A stretch of DNA of 63,140 nucleotides, filler included, from Chiloscyllium plagiosum (taxonomy: Eukaryota), in NCBI RefSeq assembly GCF_004010195.1. It is 5 parts of one record of this genome, joined end to end, with 100 filler letters (N's around TTAATTAATTAA, not from the genome) between each part and the next. Parts side by side here need not be neighbours in the genome. Positions count along the whole stretch, not along the records: positions 35,472 to 43,802 come from NC_057710.1; positions 43,903 to 51,054 come from NC_057710.1; 3 more parts are not named here. The stretch is one strand, 5' to 3'. This document shows positions 35,991 through 49,491 of this stretch, in pieces; the stretch's first letter is position 1, and each line of letters opens with the position of its first letter. The translations under genes were made by a program, and so were the position numbers. The notes under the pieces were generated by a model that was not told where the DNA came from, did no database searches, and worked only from the letters and a program-made list of their open reading frames with translations.

Positions 35991-38939
35991 AATTTAAAAA
36001 AAAACTGCATGAAACATGCAAATGACAAATAATGAGCAAAATAAAATGACGTGTGCTAATGCGTATGCATCAAGTTTTCCCTCCAAAGCAATCAAATGTG
36101 TGGTATTTTTTCCCATGGTCCTTACAGGCATTAAGCTGGAATTAACCAGGTCCACGTTGTCAGTTTCTGCATCCCTGCACCTCAAACTATTACAAACTTA
36201 TTCCACTTCTTGAAAATAACACCAATGGATAAACTCACCTCCCCGTCAGTGAAATGGTTTTCTTGCTATGCCTATTAGTTTATTTCAAATGTTTATGTAT
36301 TCCACAGTAAGAGAAACAGAGATCTATCATTTATTTATCACTTATATAAATTGTGTACCAATTCGGCATTTGAAAATAGCAGAAAAATGCATTTGTTTAG
36401 CCAGTTCACTCTTGCTCCCACGATGAATTCTTCATAACTGCAGCCAACTGACATTTTGACCAGCTACCATGTAGACAGTTGAGGACAAAATGTGAGCCAT
36501 CGGCTAGGATCTTTAGGATGCAGAGTGGTTCTGTTCCTGTCTTTAATAATGAGTAGAGAATATATTGCCTCCAGTTTTGACTATCGTGCAGCTGTTCATT
36601 GCTCCAGCATTAACTGAGTTGAGACCGGACTTTGAACCCCTCACTCAGGAGGATGTCCTGCCTCAGAGAGCCAGAAGCAGCAGTGGAAACTGCAACAGAA
36701 AAGGCTGGAGCTGTGAGCAGACCCAGAATCCAGAACCAGGTATGTGTAGGGGTGTCCATGCAGTGAAATTAAGTGAGGCTTGGCTTGGTGAATCGCAAGC
36801 CCGGGGTTTTAGCTGTTGGTGGTGTGGCCAGGGCAGATGATGGTGGTTTTGGGGGGTGGGGGCACACCTTGTTGAGGGGAGTGCCTTTCCTATTTCTGCC
36901 TGAAGCCAAATCGAAGTCACTTTTTTAGGTTCCCCCTTACGCTCTTCCTGCCATCCTGAAAATTAAGACTAGATGTTGTGTGGAGAGCTGGCCCTTAGGT
37001 AGTCATTCATTGGCCACTGAAGGGTCTCAATTGTGGTAAGGCAGGCCAACAATACCAGGCCTAAGCTGGCACACAATATGCTCAAGGAGAGGTTGAGTGG
37101 GCACAAGATTCACTGGAAGGAATTTTACAGAACTCCCACCATTGTCTAAACACATCCACTGGCAAAAGAATATAGTTTTTTTTACCATGTGGGCATAAGC
37201 AAGAAACAAAAACAAATTGAGAATAAAATGGAGCAAGCGATATAATACAAGAAATTGACAAAGAGAGGAAAGGGGTTCAGAAGGAAATGGGCAATTGGGA
37301 AATGGGGAAGAAAATGATGAGCAGCAAAGAGATAAAAAGCCGATGGAGGGGAAGAAAGGGAGGTGCTGCTGATATTGAAAGTAACCAAGAGCTAGAGGAG
37401 AAGCAGCTATAACACAAGGAACCCAAAGAGAAAACTGCAAAAGAAACAGGCATACAGAAATGTACTGAGCAAAACCAATGAAAACTTCACAAGAAAAAAA
37501 AATCTGAAAACATTGTGGAGAGCAAAGAGAAAAATACTTGGTCAAAATCTCGACTATAAGATGGCTGCTCCTCTTTTATAAATACAACCTAATCATCGGC
37601 TGTTCAGTATTTAAATCTTTTTTTTCCCATTTAAGAGACATGTAAGTTATATATCCAGATGACAACAGATTGCATACCATACATGAAAGCTATATGACAC
37701 TGCTGTACTGAAGGTATCTCATTACCTGCGGGCTTTCTGTGATAAGTCAGAGCACTCCATAAAACAAAGATGTTTCAATTCAGCGTGCAAAAAGCAATAG
37801 CAGCGACCCAATGACATGAGTCCCTTTGGCTGGATTTATTGCCCTGCAAGCCCAATTATTCATTGCAACTTGGTTATTATTAGCTTGCTCCAGTGGCTCA
37901 GTGGCAGCATTAGACTGATCCCTAAGCCCACTGCATTTGAAGAAACAATTTCCATTGATACTGACTCAGCCTGATTGGAAGCCGGTACGGAATTGAGAAA
38001 ATGGCACAGAGTACAAAATATATCAAAAATGATGATTACTTGTTAGCAATAAAGAATTAGTGTTCTGGGTTAAAAATAAAAGACCTTTAAAATTTAAAGA
38101 CATTCGGAGGAATTTCAAGTGTCAGGAATGCACATTACAACCTCAAGCACAGAGGTCGGTAAACCCTGTAAAATTTTCCATTCTTTAATATGATGGCTTG
38201 AATTCCTGATATACACTCCCACTATCCAAAGTTCCACACTGGGATCGCAAACTTATAAAATCTACCCGTTAGTGTGTTCCCAGACTTCCCAAACTGATGC
38301 TGTTTTTTTGCTAGCTGACAGTTGGATTTACTTACAGAATCAGATTAGCAAACTGCATTAGTCAGGCAGAGAAAGACTGAGCACGAATTTATGTGCAAAA
38401 GCATTTCTCTCAAGTCTTACATAAATGATTAAACTGAAGTAGTGAAGTTGGAGTATTAAAGAAAATTACTGCAATGTCACAATATTCTGACAAAAATTGA
38501 ATATTGGACCTCACAATTAGAGAGGAGGTTTGCTCAAACATTAAATCTTTTTCATCTTTCCTCAAAGAGAGGGCAGCTTCTTGGGAAGACTTAGCAAGCA
38601 ATTTTAAATCGTACCACTCAAATTATTATTAAAGTAATAACCCTGAAATAAAATATTGAAAGATGATAGACGTTTTAACATTTGATCACAGCTAAGCATC
38701 ATTTGATTCACATCCTGCAGGGCCCGAGAATAATTTGCAAAAGTTGAAATTTGGACTAAGAGGTCACAGATGTTGGGTGAAGCAAATGTGTGGAGAGTGT
38801 TTAAATGGAGGAATTTGAAATCAATGCACAAATAAATAGAGTGCCAAAGGTGGTCAGCAAGGATCAGCATGACAATTATGCAGAATCTTCAAGGTTAAAA
38901 GGTGTAAGTGGCAAAGATATAAATGAGTGCAGTTTATGT

Positions 38940-40672
38940 TGGTTAGAGTCAAGCATTTGCACCTCCATTTGCTACAGCAGTTCTGGACCTACAAACTTGC
39001 TCAATCTGATCTACAACTGCCTTTTGGTGCCCTTTCCACATCACTCTCCACCAGCCATTTCCTCTGGTTTGGCCTCTTCACAGCTCCCTTAATCTCAAGG
39101 GACCAAACTTAAAATCAACAGAAATCAGGAGTTTAGCAATTTATTATTAGATCTGACTGTACCATATAATAGTATCAGGTCCTGCCGTGGTCTGCTAAAA
39201 TTGATCACTGGTTCAGGATCATCTTTGAATACAAAAAAAAATCCCAGCTTCTTTCCATATGTCAAAATGCCTTCTGAAATTCTGGTCTCATGTCTCTTCC
39301 AACAACAGATGCCAGGAGCTCATGATTTCTTTGCCTTTGGAACTTTCTTTCCAGCCACTGGAAAATCTTTCTCTAATGCTCCACACTGCCCCAGTCCTGA
39401 ACTTGCAGGTTTCTCCAGTTTGACTTGTACATACCTTCTTGTCCACTCTAAGATCATTTTGTCTCAGACTCACCACCCACTCTCTAAACCCTGTTCCCAT
39501 CAAACCACTGATCATTTCTAGTTCCGTCCCAGTTTCCAAGTCAATTAATGTTAATGGTTTCCTCACTTCAGGTCCCATCATTTTCTCATTTAAATCAGCT
39601 GTCATCACTCTACCCTTAAAAACAAGACCTCGCTTTCACTGCCCTTCAAGACTATGACTCCATCTCCAAAATTCTTGAATCCTTGTCATCGCCAAAAAAA
39701 ATCCCTGCTGTTTCCATGCTGTTCCTACTCTTGTCACCGCATCAAAATGGCTCTTATCAGAGTCACAAATGACATTGTAAAAGATTGCAGCAAAGGTAAA
39801 CTGTACTTCCTTGTCCTTTGAGACCTGCTCATAGCCTTCAAATGTTGCTGAGCACACCAGTCTCTTCCATGGCCTAACAACTGTCCAGTCAGTAGGGCTG
39901 CATTCAGTTTCATTCTAATCTATTCATTGATGGAGTATCACTTGAAGTGACTTCTCTTCCCAGCCCTGGGCCACTACCTCTGATATCTTCCAATGATCAA
40001 TCCTTGGCCCCTCCTAGTTCTCATGTACAGACCTCCTGTCAGCAATATAATCTGAAAGCCGAACGCTAGTTTCAACATATATCTTGAAAACACCTTGGTC
40101 TACGTGACTACCATCTGTTTCAACTCCTCCATATGGCTGAACGGTCAGATCATTATCCTACATCCATTACTGGATGAGCAAAATATTTCCTCCAGTTAAA
40201 TATTGGGAATGCTGAGACCATTGCTTTCAGTGTCCCCTCTAAATTCCATTCTTCTCCCTGTAACTGTCTGATACTTAAGTCAAACCAAGTCCTGTCATTA
40301 AAATTTCCATCCATATTCTCACATTCCCATCGATGTCCTTATCTCTCCCTAACTCCATAACTTGCCCCCGCTCCATAGCCCTGGTACATCTAATCACCTG
40401 ATTCAGGTATCTTGAGCATTCCTGAGTATAATTTCTCCATGTCTGGTGCCAGGTCTTGTTTTCCTGGCCTTAAACTCTGGTATATGCTCCTGAAACCTCT
40501 CCAATTCTCTTTCTTCCTTCAAAAGCTCCTTAGAACCTACTTTTTTATCCATTTGCCGTAATAACATGTTATGTGGCTTAATGTTTAGTTATTCTTCACA
40601 GCTCTACTATGAGGTATCTTGAGGATATTTCATTGCGTTAATGATGCAACATGAAAAGAAGTGGCTGTTGAT
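38940..40672 (+). mobile_element. Old L2 LINE ORF2 relic and tail
   Basis: ALIRVTNDI...GKLYFLVL-DL relic at ~39750-39850; pyrimidine-rich; L2-like terminus at ~40600-40670. Confidence 0.7.
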
Positions 40673-40769
40673 GCTGGAGCTTGCGGAGCCATGAGGAAGG
40701 CATTGGCAAAGATGACCATAGATGTATAAAATACTTCTGATGTTGTCAGAGAGAAGCACCTTAAAGCAT

Positions 40770-42945
40770 GCCCAGTTAATTAGACGAGCTTGTTGGTAGT
40801 TAGGTTTAAAGTGGATAGGTACATGGGACTAGGATATTATAGCCATTACGGAAATCATGGCTAAGGGGGGGATAGGACTGGCAGTTAATGTGCCAAGGTA
40901 CAGGTGCTTTAGGCAGGGCAGAGGTGGGGGAAGGAAGGCAGGGGGAGTTGTATTGTTTGATTAAGGCGAGTATCACAGCAGTGATCAGGGATTAAATAAC
41001 TGAAGGATCATCTAGTAAGGCTTTGTGCGTGGAGCTAAGAAATAAGAAGGGAATGGTGACATTATTGGGGTTGCGCTATAGGCCCCCAAATATTCAACAG
41101 GAATTAGAGGAATGAATATGCAGGGAGACTAGGGAGACTTGCAGGAGCAATAGGGTTGTCATAATAGGGGATTTTAATTTTCCTAATGTAGGCTGGGACT
41201 GCCAGAGTGTTAAGGGCTTAGATGGGGTGGAATTTGTTAAGTGTGAGAAGGAAAGTTTCTTCCAGCAGTCCTACTTGGGAAGGGACAAAACTCAATCTAC
41301 TCTTTGGGAAATAGGGCAGGACATGTGACAATTAGGGGAGCACATTGAGACCAGTGATTATAGTTCTATTAATTTAAAAATAGTTACTGAGAGGGACAAA
41401 ACTGGACCACTGGTTCAGGTTATAAATTGGGACAAGGTGAAATTTGATGGAATTAGACAGGAGCTTGCAAGAGGTGAATAGAGTGGTTTATTTGTAAGCA
41501 AAGGGACTGCCAGCAAGTGGAAGGACTTTAAAAGTGAGACAGCCAGAGTTCAGGGTTTATATGTTTCGGAGAGGGTGAAAGGCAAGTTTGACAGGAATAG
41601 GGAACCATGGATGACAAGAGATATTGAGGCTTTGACCAGAAAAAAGGAGGAGGTATGGCTCAGGTACAGGCAGCTGGGATCAAGGCAATCCGAGAGAAAT
41701 ATAGGAGATACAGGAATTTACTGAGGAAGGAAATCAGGAGGGTGAAAAGGGGGCATGAGATAGCCTTGGCTGAGAAGATTAGAGTGAATCTGATAGAGAT
41801 TGTTTAACTATATTAAAGGAAAAAGAATAACTAGAGAGAGAACAGGACACCTCAAGGACCAAATTGGACATGTATGTGTAGAACCGCAGGAGATGGCCGA
41901 GGTCCTCAATGAATATTTCTCCTCTGCGGTTACCGTGGAGAAAAACACAAAGACTTGGGAACTTGGGGATGTTAGTGATCATATCTTGGAGACAGCCCAT
42001 ATCACAGTAGAGGTAGTATTGGACGTATTAGAGTGTATGATGTTGGAAAAACTGCCTATCTATATCCTAAATATATCTAAGAACACTGCAAGAGGCTACA
42101 GAAGAAATTGCAGGGGGTCTGGCCGACATTTCTGTGTCATCATTAGCCACAAGTGAAGTCCCAGAAGACTGGATGGTAGTGAATTTTGTGCCCTTATTCA
42201 AGAGGGGCTGCAAAGAAAAACCTGGGAACTGGAGACCATTAAAGTTTAACATCTATGGTAGGTAAGTTACTTGATAAGATTCTGAGGGATAAGATGTACA
42301 TACATGTGGAAAGACAGGGTTTGATTAGGAACAGTCGGTATATAGCTTTGAGCGTGGGAGATCAAGCCTCACAAATTTGTTAGAGGCATGGAGTATAGAA
42401 GTTGGGAAGTTATGTTGCAGTTGTTCCGTTTTGACCATTTTGTTTTCGGAAGGATGTTGTTAAACTGGAAAGAGTGCAGAAGAAATTTACAAGGATATTG
42501 CCAGGACTCAAGGGTCTGAGTTATAGTGAGAGGTTGGACAGATTAGGACCTTTTTCTTTAGAGTGTAGGAGACTGAAGGGGTATCTTTTAGAAATGTATA
42601 AGATCCTGAGAAGCATGGATAGGGCGAATGCACTCAGTCTTTTCCCCAGGATTGGGGAATCAAGGACTAGAGGGCAATAGTTTAAGGTTAAAGGGGAAAG
42701 AATAAAAGGGAACCTGAGGGTCAAATTTTTACACAGAGGGTGATATGCATGTGGAATGAGTTGCCAGCGGAACTGGTTGAGGCAGGTACGTTAACAACAA
42801 TTAAAAGACATTTGGATTAATATGCGGATAGGAAAGGTTTCGAAGGATATGGGTCAAATGCACGGAAATGGGGTTAGCATAAATGGAAAGTTTGGTCAGT
42901 TTGGGCCAAAGGCCTGTCTCTGTGCTGTAGGACTCTATGACTCTA
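40770..42945 (+). mobile_element. CR1 ORF2 relic (endonuclease, linker, partial RT, internal deletion, 3' end)
   Basis: DIIAITE, YRPPN, IIGDFNFP, EVLNEYFSS, PEDW; jumps at ~42385 to the C-terminal region and tail. Confidence 0.92.
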
Positions 42946-43489
42946 AGTGTGAACTGATAAGGACAAAAGAACAAATGCGCATCTCAACTAATGAAATTAA
43001 AAATAAGAAATAAACAAGGAAACATCTGTGAACGAGAATGTATTAATAGAACTTAATATCAAAACAGGTACAAAAGAAAAAAAAACTAGGGAATGAAACA
43101 GAAACAAGAAATGTTGAAGATATTCATCAGTTCTTGTTTTTATTTCAGATTTACAGCCTTTGTAGTATTTTGAGCTTGGTTAAACGGAAATGAAACTTGG
43201 TTTAATGAGAAGGGGGGAAAAAGACAAAGGTAAGAAAAATACATTAAATATGTGACATTCTTAAAACATTTTGTAACTCAAAAGAACAAAACTCGACTAT
43301 ATTAATTGTCCACTTTCTGGGTCAATGAAGTTGATTGACAGTCAATAACAACAACCATTTTGTTAAATGGATACTTTTGTTACTAATTAGTAGACTTAAC
43401 CTGCACATTGACAGTTTTCAATACTCTTATGGCATAGTGGTAGTGTCCCTATCTCGGAGCCAGAAAGTCTGGGTTAAAGACAAAACTTC

Positions 43490-43612
43490 GAGGAGAAAGT
43501 GAGGTCTGCAGATGCTGGAGATCAAAGTTGAAACTTTATTGCTGGAACAGCACAGCAGGCCAGGCAGCACCCAGGGAACAGGAGATTCGACGTTTCGGGC
43601 ACAGGCCCTTCA
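43490..43612 (-). mobile_element. Penelope-like 3' end truncated inside the hammerhead
   Basis: Minus strand TGA-A-GGGC-CTGT-GCCC-GAAAC-GTC-GAAT; the CTGA part of the core is missing. Confidence 0.8.
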
Positions 43613-43802
43613 CAATTGTAAGGTTCTGGGGAATTTCGCTGAACAAAGGGACCTTGGAGTGCAGGTTCATAGTTCCATGAAAGTGGAGTTTCAGGTAGAT
43701 AGGATAGTGAAGCCTTCATTTAGTAGGTTTTCCTTCAGACCATTGAATATAGGAGGTCATGTTGCGGCTGTACAGGACATTGGTTAGGCCACTTTTGGAA
43801 TA
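43613..43802 (+). mobile_element. CR1 ORF2 fragment
   Basis: EQRDLGVQVH...LYRTLVRPLLE. Confidence 0.85.
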
Positions 43803-43902
43803 NNNNNNNNNNNNNNNNNNNNNNNNNNNNNNNNNNNNNNNNNNNNTTAATTAATTAANNNNNNNNNNNNNNNNNNNNNNNNNNNNNNNNNNNNNNNNNN
43901 NN

Positions 43903-44395
43903 ATCCACTCGATCTGATAAGATTCGTATCCAACAGCATTTATGGCAGATATAATCCGCAGTAACCCTTAGACTCTCTTTAAACTCCCACATCTGACAAG
44001 AAGTACATATCACTGCAAAGGCCATTTTTGCTCCTTCACAATCTACAGACCCAGAAAATAACACCGTCTTATTCCTCTACAACACTGCCCCAGGTTAAAT
44101 TAATAGCTATGGCTTATATTTTAAGTTTAATCAAGAGACTTATCTCCAAAAACATATAATCAAGAAAGAACCCACTGTACTCACTAATACAGCCTCTCTC
44201 TTGCATAGACTTAAAAAAAACAATTACTTATCTGATTCTGTGCTGTGAACTTCGCCCAACAGTTCCTCCAAGATTAGTTGTGAATTTCACTGTTTGTTAA
44301 TTTTCCCAGATGCACTCCGATGTCCAGCAATACACGAATTCAAACAGCAAAGGAGGTAACTGTGCAGGTTTTTTCTCTTTCTCTCTCCTGCAACA
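43903..44395 (-). mobile_element. CR1 LINE 5' UTR and ORF1 start (ATG at 44025)
   Basis: MAFAVICTSCQMWE...YICHKC CxxC/CxxC zinc finger typical of CR1 ORF1; runs into a gap. Confidence 0.85.
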
Positions 44396-46072
44396 TTTCT
44401 TTATAAAAAGTCTCTAAGGCAGTTGACCAAGTGGGGACTCTCAATTGGGGATACTTCTGCCAACTGCACTTCTCTGCTCACTGCATTGGTATCTGATTCT
44501 TCATTTAACAATAATATAACCCTTGCAAAGTTTCACAGTCTTCTGCACACTTTGCTCTACCACTCCACCTTCGTGTCATCTACAAATGTTGATACACTAC
44601 ATGTGGTCCCCAACTCCAAATCAGCTATGTAAATTATGAATAATTGCAGTCTCAATTGGGGGTAATTCAGCCAACTGCACGTCTCTGCTCACCGCATTGA
44701 TACTGATTCATCGTTTAACAATAATATAAAAAATAGAATACAAAGAAACTAACATAATGCAAAGGTGTAAAATGCAAATTAAATTAAGACCAGAAGCAAT
44801 GGGATTTAATTGGGCATTAACTCCCCAGATAATGGGCAGCTGGACAATAAGGTCCACAAACCTTTCCATCATGGACATAATCAGGTTAGATGCAGGAAAT
44901 CAGCAGGCTGCCCATCCCATCACCCTCCTGCCTCATTAAATATCCTCCTTTTACCACCCACCTTATCATGAGAAAGGAATTTAAATTCTGGCCCATGCGT
45001 GTAATATGCCAATAAGATTGATTGTTGCAAGTGTGGTAGACATCTCCTAAAATACTTTCCCATCATGTTTCTTTCATTACTTTGATTATACTGGCATGAA
45101 AGATTAAATTCATCTTCTTACTGCCTCTGCCATTGATTTCTTAAAGTTCTATTTCCAAGGTAGACAACTTTTATCCCCACTTGGCCAACTGCCTTAGAGA
45201 TCTTTTATAAAGAAATCAGACATCAGACTGTCAGATATCAGACCATCCTCTCATTTTCCCTTCACTCATCTTCTCATTGCCTGCAGCTCAAACCTGCCTT
45301 TTCTATCATTTGAACTCATACTTCTCATCTCCATCTATGCCTGCATTTAATCCTCTCTTTCTTACTGTATGTATATCATCCACACAGTGCAATTTCATTC
45401 CTCTCATTGTGCAACACAACCATTTGAGATGCACAGTAATCTTGCTTGGAGGCATGCAAAACCAATCCAGTTCGAACAATCCACTATCTTTTATTTTGGA
45501 AGGGTAGGTTGGGCAAGTTGTGAAGCTTTGAACTGTTTGATATGAAAAGTAGTTGAAATGAGGAACACGGTAGAGGTCAGACTCTCTTTTCTTCATTTCT
45601 GTGTGAGGATTCACTTATTAATTTTGTTTATATCAGATTATAAATTGTTTGATTTTAGAATGAAACTTTATTTTTAATATTTACGGGTTTTGTGGCATTA
45701 AACTGATTACAATTGCAATGTCTTTTTTCCCAAGATTCTTATTATCTATTGTTATTTAAAATAGGAAGTGTATTTTAAAAAAAAAACAAATCTGAAATGA
45801 CACAAGAAAGGAGAAATAATGAAGCAATATCAACCAATAATGTCATTAATTTCAGTCAGCAAATGGCAAATTGTCAAATACCTACACATTTAATTGCTTC
45901 CCTCGCTCAATGTTCCTAATTTTAGCATTAGTACCACACTGCTGCCCTTTATCAATCACAGCTTTTGACTGACATGCAGCACAGTCAATAGCAGATTCCA
46001 TTATTAATTCTCCTGTTTTTTCAATTGAAAGATAGTACTTTTCAGGATGGAGAAGATATTTAGCTCACTTAC

Positions 46073-46183
46073 CGCATACTTTCAATCAGTTAAAATAATT
46101 GTTGTGACTCCTTTGAAATTTTTGGAGGAACTTTTTCAACTGAACATTTTAGACCTTATTACTTGTACAGTTCTTGACCTTTC
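46073..46183 (-). other. Candidate non-coding or 5' UTR exon (111 nt)
   Basis: TTTTTATTCTTCAACAG acceptor and CG|GTAAGT donor; stops in all frames; ends in ATGCG. Confidence 0.3.
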
Positions 46184-46844
46184 CTGTTGAAGAATAAAAA
46201 TCCATCTAATGGCATATCTCTGATATCTTTGATATTTTTGGTGTTCCAACTTCCAATGAAAACAGTACATGACCTCCAGACTATTATGGGAAAAGTAGGA
46301 GTCATTAAGACAGGGAACTAACATCACATAGCACTAAAGCTTGGTAACTCCTCAGGCTTGGTCAGTATAGTTGACATTTGAGTGTTGTGCAGTGAAGTCT
46401 CTCATGACAGGCAGAAAATTGAGAGGAATCTCCTTTCATCCCTTCCATTATTGCTAGCCCTTCAATATCTCAGGGTAGACTGCTAAATTGCTTGAAATGC
46501 TTGAGCATCCTGCAGGACAGGATGGAATCTGTGAGTGCCAGTTCTTTGTGCAGATTTTCTCAGCAGGCCAGTGCACTGTGAGAGAGTGTGGACATGTGAA
46601 CTGCTCCTTGTTCATATCTCAGCCTTGAGTAGCAGAGCAGCCCCTTAAAAATCTGATAGATAGAATGAACCTTCCCCTCCAGTGATGTGTGAAGTCACCA
46701 CTGATTCTGTACTTTCACTCACAAGGTGAATGTAAGCGTGTGCAGGGCAGATCCTAGCACACTCCTTGCACACTGCATTTAATCTCAGGGCTGTCCACTT
46801 TAAAGTGCAAAGCCTTTGACTGTAGTTAGCAATGTCATGATTCC

Positions 46845-47205
46845 TTTATTGATTGATGGAGTAAGGACATCGTTTGCTAGACCAGCATTTATTGTCCATC
46901 CCTAATTGCCCAGAGGGCAGTTAAGAGTCAAGTACATTGCTGTGGGTCTGGAGTCACATGTAGGCCAGACCAGGTAACGATGGCCAGACCAGGTAACGAT
47001 GGCATTTTCCTTGCCTGAAGGGCATGAGTGAACCAGATGGGTTTTTCCAACAATCGACATATGGTCCTCATTAGACCCTTAATTCCAGATTTTCTATGAA
47101 TTCAAATTTCACCATCTGCAGTGGCGGGATTCATACCTGATCCCCAGAACATTACCTAGGTCTCTGGATTAACATTCCAGCAATAATACCACTAGGCCAT
47201 CGTCC
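46845..47205 (-). mobile_element. SINE family B, near full length, with 19-bp internal tandem duplication
   Basis: Reverse homolog of 4877-5225; 46963-46981 = 46982-47000. Confidence 0.85.
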
Positions 47206-47859
47206 CCCCCATTCAAGGGCCCCTGACAGCTGAGGATATCTGTAGTCAAGGAGCTAGTTTCTTGTGAGAGATGGGCAACATCTGACTGTTCTACTTTGGC
47301 ATGGCTGAAGAAACTGCTTATTTTTCCCATGGGAACAACTTAACAGGTCCAGCTGTAAAAATTATACAAGAGCAGACATTTTAACAGCTTGTCTGTCCCT
47401 GAAAACACAAATGTGATTGGCAGATGATGACAGCATCATGACTACTGTAAGCATAGTGCATATTCATCTACACCTCTCTTTCCTTGCGTCCCAACGCCTT
47501 CTGTTCACTGATGGAGTGGGAGGATTTCCTTTTCGTATGTCACATGGAGTTACAGTTTGGGTCCTTGATGAGACATGCAGATCAATGATGAGGCTCTTTA
47601 CTAAAGGGTAACCTGAAAACATGGACTAGTAAAATACAATGGTCTCGTTTATGTGGCTTTTTCTTTTTACTTTGGTGGAGAAATAGAATAAAGTATTCCT
47701 TCAACAAACAGGACTTCCATCACTTGTTTATGCATCAGTGGACTGAAGTCTAATGAGTTCATCAGCCAGATGGGCTAGATAGGCTTTGACTGAGTAAAAT
47801 TCTGCAGTGACGTTTACAGTAGCTGGAGTGTTGTCCCTGTATTAAATCCTAGCTGCAGT

Positions 47860-48022
47860 TCAGATTGCAGATTGATAAATTCTTGATGTCACAAGGAATT
47901 AAGGGCCACGGGGAGAATGCGGGTAAGTGAAGTTGAAATGCCCATCAGCCATGATTGAATGGCGGAGTGGACTCGATGGGCCGAATGGCCTTACTTCCAC
48001 TCCTATGTCTTATGGTCTTATG
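47860..48022 (+). mobile_element. CR1 3' tail
   Basis: Near-identical to the reverse complement of 62584-62750. Confidence 0.9.
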
Positions 48023-48904
48023 GACTCTTTAAGACAGGGAATTTTAGTTACAGCATCTGTCATGAAGCAGGGGTGATGAGGATGTCCTTCCTCAACCACA
48101 ACTGAGTAATTGTAACTATGTCTGAAAACTGACTCCTGCACGAGTGCCAAACACCCATGGCAGACCTTCTTTTTCCTCTTTACACACACTAATTTTGTCC
48201 TCTAAATCATTTCAAAGCATTGGAAAGTTTGGACAAATTTCCACACTTAGCAATGTGATTTGAGCTCTGATTTATAGATAATGGCACCAATGGTGCAGTG
48301 GCTACAGAAGCATGCAAAAGGAATCTTGTGTTTCAATAATTCAGAATCCAATCACAGAAAGAAAAGTCATGTCAAACCTGTAATGCAGAAACAGCGATGG
48401 GAACAGTCAATGAAACAGGCTGTCAATCAGTACCAATGTCAGCTGCAGCTCAAGCATCCAAGTTCTGTTGTGAATAGAACAGTAGTTGAGTATCTATTTT
48501 ACAGAGGAGGAGCATTGCTACTGGGGGAAGAGGTCCTAGAAAACAAAACAATTATTCATAGATTCAATTTTTAACCTATTAGCAAACAATTCAAAATAAT
48601 GTAATGTATATGTTATCACCATCATCTTCAAAAAAGCAACAACATTTTAATGTTGGGGAACTCAGCACAATGCCAAAGTTCAGGACTTACTTACACAATG
48701 ACATAATGCAAAGTCTGGGTGTGCGCCTTGAGAAAACAACCTTTATATGTCTTTCTCTCTTTTTATTAATACGCCATCTACACATATCTTTTGCTAAAAT
48801 TAATTATTTTGTTATTCCACCGTTACACTTTGAGCTTAGGAAACAAAGTATTCCAATTCAACACAAGATTTCTTTGGTGCTCAGTCCCCATATTTTTCCC
48901 ACTC

Positions 48905-49075
48905 ATCATCCTGGGTAAAAATCTTGGAACTGCCTCCTGGCATTGTGGGTCTTCATAGACCAAATGAACTCCAGTGTTTCAAGAAGGCACCTCAACACCA
49001 CTTCTTCAAGGGCACCTAGGGATGGGCAATAAATGCTGGCAGAGGCAGTGGATGCCATGCACCATAAACGAATAA
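48905..49075 (+). mobile_element. LINE family 2 3' tail
   Basis: TTCAAGAAGGCACCTCAACACCACTTCTTCAAGGGCACCTAGGGATGGGCAATAAATGCTGGC. Confidence 0.8.
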
Positions 49076-49172
49076 GACAAAAAGGTAACAGAAACATGAA
49101 GCTTTCCAGAGACAATAAAGCATCTGTTCCTTTCATGACTTTCAGCTTCTTTCATCTCTTTGCCCTCCACCA

Positions 49173-49490
49173 TTAGAGTCACAGAGCAGTACAGCATGGG
49201 AACAGACCCTTCAGTTCAAATTATCCATGTCAACCAGATATCCTAAATTAATCCTGTCCCATTTGCCAGCACTTAGACCATATCCTGCTAAACCCTTTCT
49301 ATTCATATACCCATCCAGATGCCTTTTAAATGTTATAATTGTACCAGCTTCCACCACTTCCTTTGGCAGCTCACTCCACACATGCACCAACTTTTGCCTG
49401 AAAACGTTGCACTTAGGTCCCTTTTAGATCTTTCTTCTCTCACCCCAAATCTATGCCCTTCAGGTCTGGACTCCTCTGCCCTGGGGAAAA
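49173..49490 (-). mobile_element. HER1/CR1 3' end
   Basis: Homologous to 21536-21845. Confidence 0.88.
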
Positions 49491-49491
49491 A

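Noticed and set aside
37027..37545. 172-aa hydrophobic minus-strand ORF
   Set aside because: By-product of an A/G-rich low-complexity tract (Phe/Leu/Ser codons on the opposite strand)
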